Shown piece by piece: positions 30,505 to 41,893 of a stretch of 64,000 bases of DNA (positions are counted from its first letter, which is position 1; each line of letters begins with the position of its first letter). This DNA comes from an uncultured Nitrososphaerales archaeon (lineage in GTDB: Archaea > Thermoproteota > Nitrososphaeria > Nitrososphaerales > Nitrososphaeraceae). Where the stretch lies: NCBI GenBank assembly GCA_963841565.1, contig CAWJCY010000003.1, positions 96,001 to 160,000 of the forward strand, written 5' to 3'. The notes below the pieces were generated by a model. It saw only the letters and a program-made list of their open reading frames with translations, made no database searches and had not been told where the DNA came from. A program made the position numbers and the translations under genes.

Positions 30505-30663
30505 TCACATCGCCCTGCCCCTTAAAACGAGGCTGATCTTTTAAATAAAGCTTCTGCAAGCCCAGGGATATCTGTGTAATCCAGTAACTCCTTGTCCGAC
30601 CAATATTCCGATGTACTCCCGTCCTAAACCGCCCAAACCTAAAAAATCAAGAAATTGAATTAA

Positions 30664-32526
30664 TTACTCAACTGATTTGCTTAGGAAGATCTTTATTTGC
30701 TGCCCTGAAAGATAAGCACTTATGAGTTTTTTTCCGCTCGCTGATCTCTTGTCGATCTTCACCCTCGCTTTCTTACCCACTTGGCTATTTAGAACAAAAT
30801 CATCTTCTACGTAGATGTCGATTGCTTTTCCGACGGCATTGTTACTTGTCAGAAAAGTGATTGCCGAACCAGCTTCCACAATATCAAATTCAATTTGCTT
30901 CCCAAGTGCTGGTGTTTTCGCCTCTACGTCGATACTCACTCCAAGAATATTCTCCAATTCGTTTATTGTCGATCCTCCTTTGCCAATCAATCGAGGAACT
31001 GCGTCCTTATCTACCCTGACTTCAATTTTTTTCTCCGATATGATCTTAACTTCTGCTCCCGGATCGAATCTCCTAATTGTGTCCTTAATCTGTGCCGCGG
31101 CCAGTTTTTTTATGGCATCATGATGAATCTCAGGTTTCTCCAAACTGCCAATATGAACTACTACATTTTCCTCACCGTACGTATAAATTTCATACTCTAC
31201 TTCTTTTGTTTCAAAATCCTTGATTTCAACAAGAGGTCTGGCGAGGTCAGGTTCCGACATCCCGGATGGGACCCTAACAGTGAGAGAGATGTCAAACACC
31301 TTATTTACTGATCCATTCTTGATAAAAATAATTGTATCTATAATATGAGGGATCATTCCAAGTTCAATTCTTCCTATGAAACGCTGAATTGCATCTAGCG
31401 AAGTGGAAGCATGAAGAACGCCTATCATTCCGACACCCGCAAGTCTCATGTCTGAAAATACTTCAAAATCTGCCTTCCTCCTGACTTCGTCGAACACCGT
31501 GTAATCTGGTCTTACCAGCAGCAGAATATCTACAGCGTTTTCAAAACTACCTTCTAAGGGGCCGTACTGCGTAATCTCTTTTTTAACCTGCAAGTCTCTA
31601 GGTGCTTCAAACGTTTTCACAATTTTACTTCTATCAACATAATATTCAGCCAAGCTGCTAGCAAAAGTGCTCTTGCCCGAACCTGGAGGTCCAGCAATGA
31701 CTATACCTTCGGCTGCCTGATCTAACCTCTGCTGTAACTTGTCCGAAAGCTGATAGTCTTGTATTCGAAGCTTCACAATAGGCTTCACGACAGTTATTTC
31801 CAGCCCATCAGAAAACGGTGGCCTCGTTACTGCAATTCTGTAGTTTCCGTACTGATATACCGTAGCTCCATCTAGGCTAACTTCAACCATTCCTATTTCT
31901 GGATTTCTGCATAGCTCCGAAATTTCTCTCACAATTGACATTAGTTTATTCCTCGTGGCCGGTTTGTCATCTAGGGTTTCAAGGTGAAAGTCCCCAGGGA
32001 CACCTCTCTTAGCAACGGGCATAACACCTTCTTTCATATGCACACTCATAGTATGTTCGTCAAAGTAGTCTTCAAAGCCTAGCGACGAACTACTAATCCG
32101 ACGAGGGATGTGCCAAGTTTGAATTCCACAAGCTTCTGCAACCAGAGATTGTACATAATCCGCAGTCACTAATGTAGCCTTCTCAATTAGGGCCAGCTCG
32201 TTGATTATTGCATCAATTCTCCCTCTAGTAGCCAAACTAATATCATCTACGGAGGGTCTCTCACCTAGAAACCTCAACTCTATGTTCAAACTTTTGCTTA
32301 GGCGTCTAATCTTCTTGATTTCATTCAGACCAATGAAGCCGTATTCCTTATTCGTAGACGCCTGAGATTGCAATTCGTCTAATGCTGCGACCGGGATGAT
32401 GATAGAATATTCAGAACTCTTGGCTCTTTCAAGTATTCTTGTAAATTCGCCGTCTATTATTGCACTAGTATCTAGTAATACCTTCATAGTAACAAAATCA
32501 ATCCTTCGTGAAATAAGATACACCAC
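30664..32526 (-). CDS. PIN-domain ATPase with KH domain (PINA-like); likely start 32487
   Basis: LDTSAIIDG PIN domain, GPPGSGKST Walker A, VFDEVR Walker B, LIGKGG KH motif. Confidence 0.9.
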   Translation of the reverse strand: MVYLISRRIDFVTMKVLLDTSAIIDGEFTRILERAKSSEYSIIIPVAALDELQSQASTNKEYGFIGLNEIKKIRRLSKSLNIELRFLGERPSVDDISLATRGRIDAIINELALIEKATLVTADYVQSLVAEACGIQTWHIPRRISSSSLGFEDYFDEHTMSVHMKEGVMPVAKRGVPGDFHLETLDDKPATRNKLMSIVREISELCRNPEIGMVEVSLDGATVYQYGNYRIAVTRPPFSDGLEITVVKPIVKLRIQDYQLSDKLQQRLDQAAEGIVIAGPPGSGKSTFASSLAEYYVDRSKIVKTFEAPRDLQVKKEITQYGPLEGSFENAVDILLLVRPDYTVFDEVRRKADFEVFSDMRLAGVGMIGVLHASTSLDAIQRFIGRIELGMIPHIIDTIIFIKNGSVNKVFDISLTVRVPSGMSEPDLARPLVEIKDFETKEVEYEIYTYGEENVVVHIGSLEKPEIHHDAIKKLAAAQIKDTIRRFDPGAEVKIISEKKIEVRVDKDAVPRLIGKGGSTINELENILGVSIDVEAKTPALGKQIEFDIVEAGSAITFLTSNNAVGKAIDIYVEDDFVLNSQVGKKARVKIDKRSASGKKLISAYLSGQQIKIFLSKSVE

Positions 32527-32623
32527 GATGTATTATTATTACGTTCGGTAGTCAAAAATAATGAAGAACTAAGGCCTGACCGATGCGAAAGACTCTTTAA
32601 AAAGTTAGGCGATTTTAGCGTTA

Positions 32624-33382
32624 ATGAAGCTTAAAGGCAAGGTAGCGGTGATTACCGGTGCTGCTGGGGGAGTCGGGAAAGCGACCGTCAAAAGGCTAGC
32701 GTCTGAAGGGTGTAAAGTTGTATTGATCGGAAGGAATAAAAAAAGCCTCGATAAAGTTGCTGAACTAATTCAGGAAAAGAAAAACGTCCTTGCTATAAAG
32801 GCAGACCTTACCAGAGAAGGTGAGGTGATTAGCGCTGCAGAGCAAATAGCATCTAAGTTTGAAACAATCGACATTCTGGTTAATAATGCTGGGATAATTA
32901 GTGATCCAACTCCATTTCATCTCATGACTGAGGAACAATGGAACTTGCTCATTAATACGAATCTAGTTGGGACTTTTAGAATGACAAAGGTTGTACTTCC
33001 ATTTATGCTCAAGAATAAAAGCGGTAGTATTGTCAACATATCTTCCTTGTTAGGAATCAGGGCTATCCCCAACGTTCCATTGTCCATTTATGGCGTAACG
33101 AAGGCAGGCATAATCATGCTAACCAAAAGTATTTCAGTTGAGTACGGACCTTTTGGTATCAGATGCAATTGTGTTGTTCCATCCACTATACAAAGTCCAA
33201 TTATAGATCCTTACTTGCAAGATGAAAATGCTCGAAAATTACTTGAAGCCTCGTTTCCACTGAGGAAGATAGGAACACCAGAAGACATATCAGGGACTGT
33301 TTCATATCTGTGCTCATCAGACGCAAAATGGGTAACCGGCAGTATTATTACCGTTGACGGAGGGATTTCGGCAAAACAGTAA
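32624..33382 (+). CDS. SDR family oxidoreductase
   Basis: TGAAGGVG, NNAG, YGVTK (YxxxK), VDGG. Confidence 0.93.
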   Translation: MKLKGKVAVITGAAGGVGKATVKRLASEGCKVVLIGRNKKSLDKVAELIQEKKNVLAIKADLTREGEVISAAEQIASKFETIDILVNNAGIISDPTPFHLMTEEQWNLLINTNLVGTFRMTKVVLPFMLKNKSGSIVNISSLLGIRAIPNVPLSIYGVTKAGIIMLTKSISVEYGPFGIRCNCVVPSTIQSPIIDPYLQDENARKLLEASFPLRKIGTPEDISGTVSYLCSSDAKWVTGSIITVDGGISAKQ

Positions 33383-33455
33383 TAGCTGAGATTCGTTACT
33401 ATTTAGAAGTTGTTAGAACTTCCCGCGGTTAAAGGGGGGGTTCAAATCGATCATG

Positions 33456-33959
33456 TTAACCTGTTCCCGTATTCGCTACTAGCAGCTTCTTTTTCCATTT
33501 TCGTACTTTTGGGATGATAGTACCCATTATTAACTTATGAAGATTTTGTATATCGGGGTCGAAGGATAGCAAAAGCACGTAGTATAAGGTACTGTTTACA
33601 TCCGCAATCGGAATTGTTGCTCTTGCCAGATGTTCATATCGGGAACTCGCGTAGTGAATACGTCCGAGATGATATTCCCAGCGTAATCTAGTGTACTGTC
33701 TCGTAGCTGCCGTGATTGCATACTGTGCTCTTTCTTCATCTGAAAGCAAAGGTCTTAGATCTTGACGTTGTGAGACGGCGAGCAGCTTCCCCTCTTTGTC
33801 CGATATGCCAGCAAACCGTATGGAATCATCTAGTGAAATCACTTCATCACATACATTTTGAAATAAGTTAGCTTTACGTTTCATGCCAATAAAAAACAGT
33901 TTTCCGCGTAATTTGAATTTATCAAATTGAGTCTGCTGGTTCATTTTGGAAATTAACAC
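33456..33959 (-). CDS. Thaumarchaeal hypothetical protein (roadblock-like / DUF6659-like)
   Basis: CDEVISLDDSIRFAGISDKEGKL..LRPLLS..LGRIHY pattern. Confidence 0.7.
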   Translation of the reverse strand: MLISKMNQQTQFDKFKLRGKLFFIGMKRKANLFQNVCDEVISLDDSIRFAGISDKEGKLLAVSQRQDLRPLLSDEERAQYAITAATRQYTRLRWEYHLGRIHYASSRYEHLARATIPIADVNSTLYYVLLLSFDPDIQNLHKLIMGTIIPKVRKWKKKLLVANTGTG

Positions 33960-34001
33960 TACCGTTTATTAGTATAACTATTGACATGAATTAGCATTCA
34001 A

Positions 34002-35171
34002 TTGCACAATACAACGCGAATCGTTCCTCAAAGTCAACCGTCAATTGGAATAATCGGGGGGGGTCAGTTAGGGAAAATGATTGCACAGGAAGCTAAACGT
34101 ATGTCACTCAAAGTGCATATTCTGGATCCAGATCCAGAATGTCCTGCCTCTTCGTTAGCGGATGAGCTGCTTGTCGCCGATTTCAGGAACCAAACTGCAA
34201 TAAGAAGACTCTCGGAGCTTGCTGATGTACTAACATACGAAATAGAACTGGCAGACTCGGACGTTCTTATCGATCTTAGTCGTGCCAGGAAGCCTATCCA
34301 TCCCGCTCCCGAGACTCTCAAAATAATTCAAAACAAGTATAGACAAAAGGTTTTTCTGCAAGAAAAGAAATTGCCTGTCCCCAATTTCGCTCTATTAGAA
34401 GATGTTGCCTGCAGCACAAATACTGACTTAGAGCGATTCCCGCTAATATTGAAAGCATGCGAAAATTCGTACGACGGACGAGGGAACCGACTGATTTACA
34501 GTGAGGAAGATATTGCAAATGCGGTAAGTGAGAAGAGCCCTGGAAAGTGGATGGTCGAGGAAATCATAAATTTCAGGAAGGAACTATCCGTCATGGTGGC
34601 CAGAAATGAATCCGGTCAGGTCTCCTCTTTCCCTGTGGCTGAAAATATACATTCTGACAGCATTCTGGATACTACTTTGGTACCTGCAAGGATATCCAAG
34701 CACACAGAAGGGATAGTTCAAGATATAGCAGAGAAGACAATTGATGTCTTAAAGGGTTCTGGTATATTTTGTGTTGAAATGTTCTTAACAACAAATGGCG
34801 AGATCCTGATTAATGAGATTGCCCCGAGACCTCACAATTCTGGACACTATAGTATTGAAGGCTGCTCTATTTCTCAGTTTGAACAGCATATTAGAGCAAT
34901 TTTGAACCTGCCGCTTCCAAAGCCCCTATTAAGGTCACCGACGGTGATGGTCAATATTTTAGGACCTAGAGAATTTGAAGGGGAGTATTATTTAGATGGC
35001 TTGAACGAGCTTCTAAGCATAGAAGGACTGAAATTGCATTTGTATGGGAAACGCATTTCAAAACCGAGGAGAAAGCTGGGGCATGTTACGATAACAGCAG
35101 CCTCTATTTCGGACGCAATCGACAAATCGAGAAAAGCAAAGAGTAATTTAAGAATCATGAACAAGACTTGA
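34002..35171 (+). CDS. purK: N5-carboxyaminoimidazole ribonucleotide synthase
   Basis: [40 protein letters not shown]. Confidence 0.96.
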   Translation: MHNTTRIVPQSQPSIGIIGGGQLGKMIAQEAKRMSLKVHILDPDPECPASSLADELLVADFRNQTAIRRLSELADVLTYEIELADSDVLIDLSRARKPIHPAPETLKIIQNKYRQKVFLQEKKLPVPNFALLEDVACSTNTDLERFPLILKACENSYDGRGNRLIYSEEDIANAVSEKSPGKWMVEEIINFRKELSVMVARNESGQVSSFPVAENIHSDSILDTTLVPARISKHTEGIVQDIAEKTIDVLKGSGIFCVEMFLTTNGEILINEIAPRPHNSGHYSIEGCSISQFEQHIRAILNLPLPKPLLRSPTVMVNILGPREFEGEYYLDGLNELLSIEGLKLHLYGKRISKPRRKLGHVTITAASISDAIDKSRKAKSNLRIMNKT

Positions 35172-35178
35172 TGTTGCT

Positions 35179-35688
35179 ATGAATCACACACTTGTCGGAA
35201 TCATTATGGGGAGTGATTCAGATCTCCCTATAATGAAGAATGCCTCTGACATTCTACTGCAATTTGAAGTAGAGCATGAGATAAGAATCGTTTCTGCCCA
35301 TAGGACCGTTCACGAGATGATATCATATGGAGAAAGTGCTAAAAAGAGAGGTTTAGAGGTCCTAATAGCCGGAGCAGGAGGTGCAGCTCACCTCCCTGGT
35401 ATGATTGCTTCACTGACACTATTACCGGTCATAGGTGTTCCCATCAAAACCTCTAACCTCGAGGGAATTGATTCTCTTCTATCAATAGCTCAAATGCCTT
35501 CAGGGATCCCCGTTGCTACGGTCGCCATAAATGGCTCAGCCAATGCTCCTATACTCGCTTGTCAGATACTCGCTATCAAGTATCCGGAAATACTAACTAA
35601 ACTAGAACGGTATCGCTCTGACATGAGAAATAAGGTGATCGCTATCGCAGAGAAGGTTCAAGGGGAATTTAATTCAAAAAATTCCTAG
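35179..35688 (+). CDS. purE: N5-CAIR mutase
   Basis: [39 protein letters not shown]. Confidence 0.97.
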   Translation: MNHTLVGIIMGSDSDLPIMKNASDILLQFEVEHEIRIVSAHRTVHEMISYGESAKKRGLEVLIAGAGGAAHLPGMIASLTLLPVIGVPIKTSNLEGIDSLLSIAQMPSGIPVATVAINGSANAPILACQILAIKYPEILTKLERYRSDMRNKVIAIAEKVQGEFNSKNS

Positions 35689-37133
35689 TTTCTTCCCTTC
35701 AACACTGCACGTGACTTGAACAGCGGTTTTACTCCTAATGGTGAATAATCACCGGTAGTACATGTAAAGCACAATTCCTTCTCGGGTATATTAATAGCCC
35801 TTGCAAGTGTAGATGTGTTATTGTAAGCTACGAAATCTGCCCCCAAAGTTCGTGCAACTTTATGTGCAATATCCGTAGTACTGACCGGGTCTTCCTGCAC
35901 CTGTTGGTATGCCAAAAGTTCTTCCTGGGAGGGAAAGTCAATGCCTGCGTAGCAGGGGTAACGGACCGGTGGATAGGTGACTATCATGCTAATCTTATTT
36001 GCCCCATATTCTCTAAGCATTTTTATTATTGAGGCAGAACTTACCCCCCTAACTATGCTATCGTCAACGACGACGATATTTTTTCCCCGTATCACGTCTG
36101 CTAGCGGAATAATCCCTTTATTTATTTCCACTCGTGTCTCGTGAAAAGGCTCAATAAAACTTCGCATCGACCCCTTCTTGCTATATCTATTCTTCATTAA
36201 CCCTTCCTCAAAGGGAAGGCCAGCTTCCAGCGCATAACCAAGGGCTGCCGGGCGGGCTGAATCTGGAACTGGTATAACAAGGTCTGCATCAGGGATTCTG
36301 AATTCTCTTGCCAAGAACTCACCGATACGTTTACGAGCTGCGTATACGTTGACACTTTCCATAACACTAGTGGGATGCGCAAAATAAGTGTATTCAAATG
36401 CACAATGCGCATGTGGACTCTCTTTCGCGAAATATTCTGATCTAAGTCCAGAATCGTCGATCTGAAGAATCTCGCCAGGCTCTACATCTCTAAGCAAATA
36501 CGCTCCCACAGCAGAAAGTGCACAAGATTCTGATGCCACAATGTAAGTATTCGATGGTTTGTGTAATCCGACAACAAGAGGTCTAAATCCCTTAGGGTCC
36601 CTTGCTGCGTAGACCGACCCATCACCAGTTAAAAATGTGAAACAGAACGAACCAATCATTTCTTGCTTTAAGATGGTAAGTGCCTCGGTTAAGTCCTTCT
36701 TTTCTGCGAGATGACCTGCCAGATGCTGAGCCGCAACCAAGGTGTCAGTCATCGACTGAGGGGTAAAAGAGCAACCACCTACCACTGATGTCAACTGGTC
36801 AACATTTGCAATTGTCCCATTATGAGCAATACACAGCTCTTTTACCTTGATCGGCTGAGCATTATTCAATGTACTCTTACCAGTAGTAGAGTAACGGACA
36901 TGACCTATAGCGGCGTGAGACTCGTATTTCCTCGTAATCATGGCAAATTCATTCGCTGAAGACGATACCAATCCAATTCTTTTTAATGGACTTTTCTGAG
37001 GAACCGCCACACCCCAGGCTTCTTGACCCCTATGTTGAAGCGCTCGTAGGCAATCAATTACGAAGGGGATCACATTAATTCTATCCATAGAAAAAATACC
37101 GACCACACCACAGTTTTCGTGGATCATTTCCAA
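35685..37133 (-). CDS. purF: Amidophosphoribosyltransferase
   Basis: ENCGVVG (Ntn Cys), [30 protein letters not shown]. Confidence 0.96.
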   Translation of the reverse strand: MEMIHENCGVVGIFSMDRINVIPFVIDCLRALQHRGQEAWGVAVPQKSPLKRIGLVSSSANEFAMITRKYESHAAIGHVRYSTTGKSTLNNAQPIKVKELCIAHNGTIANVDQLTSVVGGCSFTPQSMTDTLVAAQHLAGHLAEKKDLTEALTILKQEMIGSFCFTFLTGDGSVYAARDPKGFRPLVVGLHKPSNTYIVASESCALSAVGAYLLRDVEPGEILQIDDSGLRSEYFAKESPHAHCAFEYTYFAHPTSVMESVNVYAARKRIGEFLAREFRIPDADLVIPVPDSARPAALGYALEAGLPFEEGLMKNRYSKKGSMRSFIEPFHETRVEINKGIIPLADVIRGKNIVVVDDSIVRGVSSASIIKMLREYGANKISMIVTYPPVRYPCYAGIDFPSQEELLAYQQVQEDPVSTTDIAHKVARTLGADFVAYNNTSTLARAINIPEKELCFTCTTGDYSPLGVKPLFKSRAVLKGRN

Positions 37134-37234
37134 CCCCTCATCAAATACAATCTATCCATTCCCCACTATAATGCCTTCCAATTATAGTAGGTCTGAATCT
37201 TAAATAACAGGTCATTTCCGAGAACATTTTGGCA

Positions 37235-39439
37235 TTATTTACTGACATCGTTCAACATACTCTCAAGAGAATTGTTATAAGCGAGTCTTAATTTATTCAG
37301 CTCCAATTTAGCAAGGATCTGGTGTCCACCACGATATTGCACGGTGTCATTCGATGACGAATCAACCGCATAACCTATCTTATTGCAATGGACTTGGCTC
37401 CTGCTATCCCTTAGTATTTCAATCAACTCCTTTGGTTTTTCAGTTGCAACCACATATCGTGAATTGGATTCCGAAAACATAAGGCTGTCAATTCTATTAC
37501 AAGTATTGGATGCCAACGAAATGTCTATATCAAAACCTGTATTTCCATTTATGGCCAGCTCAGCTAGAGCTACTGCAATGCCACCCTTAGAGCAATCATG
37601 AACACCGTTCACAACACCGCTCGATATAGAATTAGAAACGGCCGAAGCATTTCTCTTGTCCTCAGCCAAGTCGAGCTTGGGAATGTTTCCACTATCGCTC
37701 CTGTGATAGGATAGATAATACTCTGATCCACCCAACTCTTCCTTAGTTTGACCAATTAAAAAAATACTACATCGTGGGTCCAGTCGAGCTCTGCCTACTT
37801 TCTCCAGATTGCGCCCCAAACCTATTGCGCCTATAACAGGAGACGGTTTTATAGGTAAACCATTCCTCTCATTATAAAAACTCACTTTCCCACCTATCAC
37901 GGGTAATGTAAAGAAATCACAATAGTCCTTAATCGCTGATACTGCCTGCTGAAATGTCCAGAAGACTTCAGGGTTTTCCGGGCTCCCGAATTGCAGGTGG
38001 TCGATTATTCCTACGGGGGAAGCGCCAGAACAGATCACATTACGAACAGCTTCTGAAATACATCCAAGTGTCCCTTGGTATGGGTCGAAATAACATCGTC
38101 TGCTGTTACCATCCATAGACATTGCAACATACTTTCCGTTACCTAACCTCAGAATAGAAGAGTCGCCTTCTCCTGGTTTTAGGACAGTTCTTAACCCAAC
38201 CTCAGAATCGTATTGTTCATAAATCCAGGAACGTTTGCAAATGTTAGGCCTACGCAGTAAATCTAGCAAGATTGAGCCAAGGTTCTTTGGTGAAGCTATT
38301 CTAGTAGCATGCTTCCTTTTCAAATAAGATGGACGCGACGATTTTCTGTTCAAAAGTGGCGCACATGTCACAATATGTGCTGGAATGTCAGCTATCACTT
38401 CTGAATTGTACCTTATCTTGATCTCATGACCAGAACAAACTTTTCCAATAATGGAATAGCCTATCTCGTATTTGGCAAATATCTTTTCTAGAGATTCTCT
38501 ATCATCCTTACCCACAATCAAAAGCATTCTTTCCTGAGATTCGGAGATCAAAATTTCTGACGGACTCATCCCTTTTTCTCTGAGTCTAACACAAGAAAGG
38601 TCGACATCAAGGCCCTTCCCCAGATTGTGCGACGTTTCTGACAAGCAACATGCGAGACCCCCTCCGCCTAAATCTTTCATTGCCTTGATATATCTATCCT
38701 CAGATGCCTCCAAAATTGCTTCAATGAGTATCTTTTTAAGGAAAGGATCAGGTATCTGGACTGCTGATCTGTTTTCGTGAACTAACCCTACAGATGCGAA
38801 TGCCGCTCCGTGAATTCCATCTCTACCTGTAGCTCCCCCCACCAGAAAAATCAGGTCTCCGATGTCCGCGAGATTCGCTATTATTTTATTTGTCTTACTT
38901 AGGCCTATACACACCACATCAACCAAACAATAATTATTGAAGGAGCTATCAAACTCAAGTTCTCCGCCTATTGTAGGAACTCCTATACAGTTGCCGTAAT
39001 CTGAAATACCTCTTACTACATTTCGGAGAAGCCAACGTGTGTGTTGATTTACCTTTGGCTCGTGACCATTAATGTCTCCGAAACGAAGTCCGTTCATAAG
39101 AGCTATAGGCCTGGTCCCTGCCGACAATATGTCTCGAACCACGCCGCCAACCCCTGTTGCTGCGCCTCCATACGGTTCAATAGCAGAAGGATGGTTATGA
39201 CTTTCGATACGAACTGTTAGAATAAGATCATCACCTAATTCAATCAGCCCTGCATCAAAGCCGCTGTCCATCCCGATTCGCGCTCCTAATACAGGCAGCC
39301 GTGAAATATACTTCTTTGACGATTTGTAAGAACAATGTTCAGACCATTCAGCGGCGACCATTTGTAATTCAGTTTCCGTTGGATGTCGATTCAATGATTT
39401 TTTCAGGTGTGAAAATTCAGCTGTTGTCAATGCACTCAA
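37235..39439 (-). CDS. purL: FGAM synthase subunit PurL
   Basis: WSEHCSYKSS, ESHNHPS..PYGGAATGVGG, DLGGGG, ESQERM, HDCSKGG. Confidence 0.97.
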   Translation of the reverse strand: MSALTTAEFSHLKKSLNRHPTETELQMVAAEWSEHCSYKSSKKYISRLPVLGARIGMDSGFDAGLIELGDDLILTVRIESHNHPSAIEPYGGAATGVGGVVRDILSAGTRPIALMNGLRFGDINGHEPKVNQHTRWLLRNVVRGISDYGNCIGVPTIGGELEFDSSFNNYCLVDVVCIGLSKTNKIIANLADIGDLIFLVGGATGRDGIHGAAFASVGLVHENRSAVQIPDPFLKKILIEAILEASEDRYIKAMKDLGGGGLACCLSETSHNLGKGLDVDLSCVRLREKGMSPSEILISESQERMLLIVGKDDRESLEKIFAKYEIGYSIIGKVCSGHEIKIRYNSEVIADIPAHIVTCAPLLNRKSSRPSYLKRKHATRIASPKNLGSILLDLLRRPNICKRSWIYEQYDSEVGLRTVLKPGEGDSSILRLGNGKYVAMSMDGNSRRCYFDPYQGTLGCISEAVRNVICSGASPVGIIDHLQFGSPENPEVFWTFQQAVSAIKDYCDFFTLPVIGGKVSFYNERNGLPIKPSPVIGAIGLGRNLEKVGRARLDPRCSIFLIGQTKEELGGSEYYLSYHRSDSGNIPKLDLAEDKRNASAVSNSISSGVVNGVHDCSKGGIAVALAELAINGNTGFDIDISLASNTCNRIDSLMFSESNSRYVVATEKPKELIEILRDSRSQVHCNKIGYAVDSSSNDTVQYRGGHQILAKLELNKLRLAYNNSLESMLNDVSK

Positions 39440-39457
39440 TTCTTACATCACAAACCT

Positions 39458-40153
39458 TTACCTCGTGTGAGTGTCACCTAAATAGTGCATCAGGGATCGG
39501 AAAATTATTGAACCATCTATGCTATTGACCACCGGTGACAACACCCGTTCGGAAGCTCTCTCAGGATGAGGCATCATCCCTACTACATTTCCTTCAAGAT
39601 TGCATATTGCTGCAATCGACTCAATTGATCCATTTGGATTCTCATCCAAAAAGCTCAACACTATTTGATCCTTTTGTCTTAACTCCTTTATAGTTGGGCT
39701 ATCTGCGACATACCGGCCCTCACCATGAGCAATTGGCATTCTTATCTTTTGATTTTTTTGGAACAATCTTGTAAATGGAGTAGTGGCATTCTTTACTTTA
39801 GCATCAACCCATTTACATACGAAGCTCAAGCGTTCATTTTTCACTAAAGCTCCAGGAAGTAAACCTGATTCAATCAATATCTGAAATCCATTGCAAATGC
39901 CTAATACAGGTACGCCATCCTTTGCCATACTCTTCACTTCATGTATGACGGGACTATGAGCTGCAATTACTCCGGCTCTTAATCTGTCTCCATAAGAGAA
40001 TCCCCCAGGCAGTACCAGTCCTGAAAAACCATTCAAGGTTTGTCTGTTATGCCAAATGTATTCAGTTTCTACATGCATAACTTCAGATAAAACGTGGAAT
40101 ACATCTCGATCACAATTTGTGCCAGGAAACACAATGACACCGATTTTTTTCAT
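39458..40153 (-). CDS. purQ: FGAM synthase glutaminase subunit PurQ
   Basis: FPGTNCD, PGGFSYGD, GICNGFQIL, AHGEG, GMMPHPER. Confidence 0.97.
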   Translation of the reverse strand: MKKIGVIVFPGTNCDRDVFHVLSEVMHVETEYIWHNRQTLNGFSGLVLPGGFSYGDRLRAGVIAAHSPVIHEVKSMAKDGVPVLGICNGFQILIESGLLPGALVKNERLSFVCKWVDAKVKNATTPFTRLFQKNQKIRMPIAHGEGRYVADSPTIKELRQKDQIVLSFLDENPNGSIESIAAICNLEGNVVGMMPHPERASERVLSPVVNSIDGSIIFRSLMHYLGDTHTR

Positions 40154-40478
40154 CGTCGGGTTTGTTATTGACTATCTAGTTACAGGTATTTAATGTGTAC
40201 TCCTTCTCCGCTATCGCTTTAGGATTGAAGTATGACAGTTGGAATTATTTTTTAGTAATATAAGTATGGCTGCAATAACCTAAAGATCAGTACCAAATAT
40301 CTCATCCGGTGGTTTAACTGGCTCCACTATTGTATAGGCGAAGGTCAAAAAAACTAGTATAAGTAACTTCCTGAGGTAGGAGTGTGGGTAACCAACCAGA
40401 GTATTCCTAATTATGGAATCAACAACCAACGACTTTTATGCGATCTAAAATAATTATAGTCCAAAGGGACAGGCTCTC

Positions 40479-40772
40479 TCAACTTTTCATGGAAGAAGCT
40501 GTGACTGTGACAACACACTTACTTACGACAGGATTATAGAGCCTCAATTCAGAACATATTTTCAATACCATTTTCTTAGCTTGTTCTTCTGTTCTCGATC
40601 TAACCAACATATTTATGGTTTTTGAACACCTTACCGCCTCGACTTCGACAAAACCACCTCTTAGGATTAGATCCTTCAATATAGTTTCACCTTCAGGGTC
40701 GGGGAGATATTTCTTATTTGCTATTGACACCAATACTGAGTATTTTTTCTTACCATCATTGCCTTTATTCAT
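40479..40772 (-). CDS. purS: FGAM synthase subunit PurS (start uncertain, 40772 or 40796)
   Basis: NKKYLPDPEGETI, RLYNPVVS. Confidence 0.9.
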   Translation of the reverse strand: MNKGNDGKKKYSVLVSIANKKYLPDPEGETILKDLILRGGFVEVEAVRCSKTINMLVRSRTEEQAKKMVLKICSELRLYNPVVSKCVVTVTASSMKS

Positions 40773-40876
40773 TCCTGATCTCCAGAAGAAATACAATTAT
40801 TGCTCGATGGCAACATCGAATAATTTTGATGAACAACTTATTAAATACCTATTGACTAGGTTCAACTAAAGTACTT

Positions 40877-40951
40877 GGTCATGTAGCTCAGCTTGGTTAG
40901 AGCGAAGGTTTTGTAAACCTTAGGTCGTGGGTTCAAGTCCCACCATGACCT
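40877..40951 (+). tRNA. tRNA with TGT anticodon (nominally Thr), atypical acceptor stem, no intron
   Basis: GGTCATG-TA-GCTC-AGCTTGGTTA-GAGC-G-AAGGT-TTTGTAA-ACCTT-AGGTC-GTGGG-TTCAAGT-CCCAC-CATGACC-T: fully paired 75 nt cloverleaf; TATA-like TATTAAAT upstream. Confidence 0.9.
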
Positions 40952-41024
40952 CCTCGCATCTAAAAATTGCAGCTGCTGAAGTAAGTATAAATTGGAATGA
41001 CGAGTCCAGCTGAGGATTAGAATC

Positions 41025-41864
41025 ATGCGCCTTTTGCGCGAGGGTAAGGTAAAAAATATTTTCCAACTGGAGAACGGAAATTTGCTATTGAAATTCAGCG
41101 ACAGAGTCTCAGCATTCGACATAAAATTTGATCAGAGAATTCCCAATAAAGGCAAGGTATTATGCAGGTTTGCTAACTTCTGGTTCAATAAGTTGGATGT
41201 TCCAAGTCATCTCATAGGAATGAGAGAAGAAAATGTGATGGAAGTTAAGAGACTGTCAATGATTCCATACGAATTCATCGTTCGCGGCTATTATTATGGA
41301 TCTATGTTGGAAAGATATGCTACAGGCAGCGAACTTAAATCCCTTTTTGGGGAGAAGTTAACTCTAGAGAAGGGAGCGAAGTTACCCTATCCGATCTTTG
41401 AAATAACGACTAAATCCGAAGAACATGATGTTCCTGTAGAACGAGACAAGGTTCTAAGTTCAGGTAACCTAACGGGCGGTACTCTTAAGGAGATAGAAGA
41501 TACATCATTAGCGATTTACAGTACCTTGTGGTCATTTTCAAAACAATCGGGCTTTATAATCGCCGACGTCAAACTTGAGTTTGGTTTTGATGAATACAGT
41601 GAGTTAACCCTAGCTGACTCTATAGGGCCGGATGAATCTAGAATCTGGCTTGAGAAAGACTACCACCCTGGCCAAACACAAGGAAGCTACGACAAACAGC
41701 TGTTACGAGATTGGCTGATTGAAATAGGGTTCAGACAAGAAATCATTCGTTTGGCCTCGAAGGGCAAATCCCCTAAGCCCCCTAGAATCCCCGAATTTCT
41801 AGTCAATGAAATGAGCGATCGGTACATTTATGCGTATGAAAAAATCACCGGCGAAAAGCTATAG
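41025..41864 (+). CDS. purC: SAICAR synthase
   Basis: REGKVK, SDRVSAFD, EFIVRGY, DVKLEFG, DSIGPDESRIW, SYDKQ. Confidence 0.96.
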   Translation: MRLLREGKVKNIFQLENGNLLLKFSDRVSAFDIKFDQRIPNKGKVLCRFANFWFNKLDVPSHLIGMREENVMEVKRLSMIPYEFIVRGYYYGSMLERYATGSELKSLFGEKLTLEKGAKLPYPIFEITTKSEEHDVPVERDKVLSSGNLTGGTLKEIEDTSLAIYSTLWSFSKQSGFIIADVKLEFGFDEYSELTLADSIGPDESRIWLEKDYHPGQTQGSYDKQLLRDWLIEIGFRQEIIRLASKGKSPKPPRIPEFLVNEMSDRYIYAYEKITGEKL

Positions 41865-41893
41865 CAAATTCAACCCCATGTTTCGCGTTCAAG

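Noticed and set aside
40154-40478. ~49-aa TTG-started minus-strand ORF between purS and purQ
   Set aside because: No motif or promoter support.
40877-40951. Genetic-code reassignment of ACA by the atypical tRNA
   Set aside because: ACA encodes a conserved Thr, e.g. rpl14 KGT near 49678.
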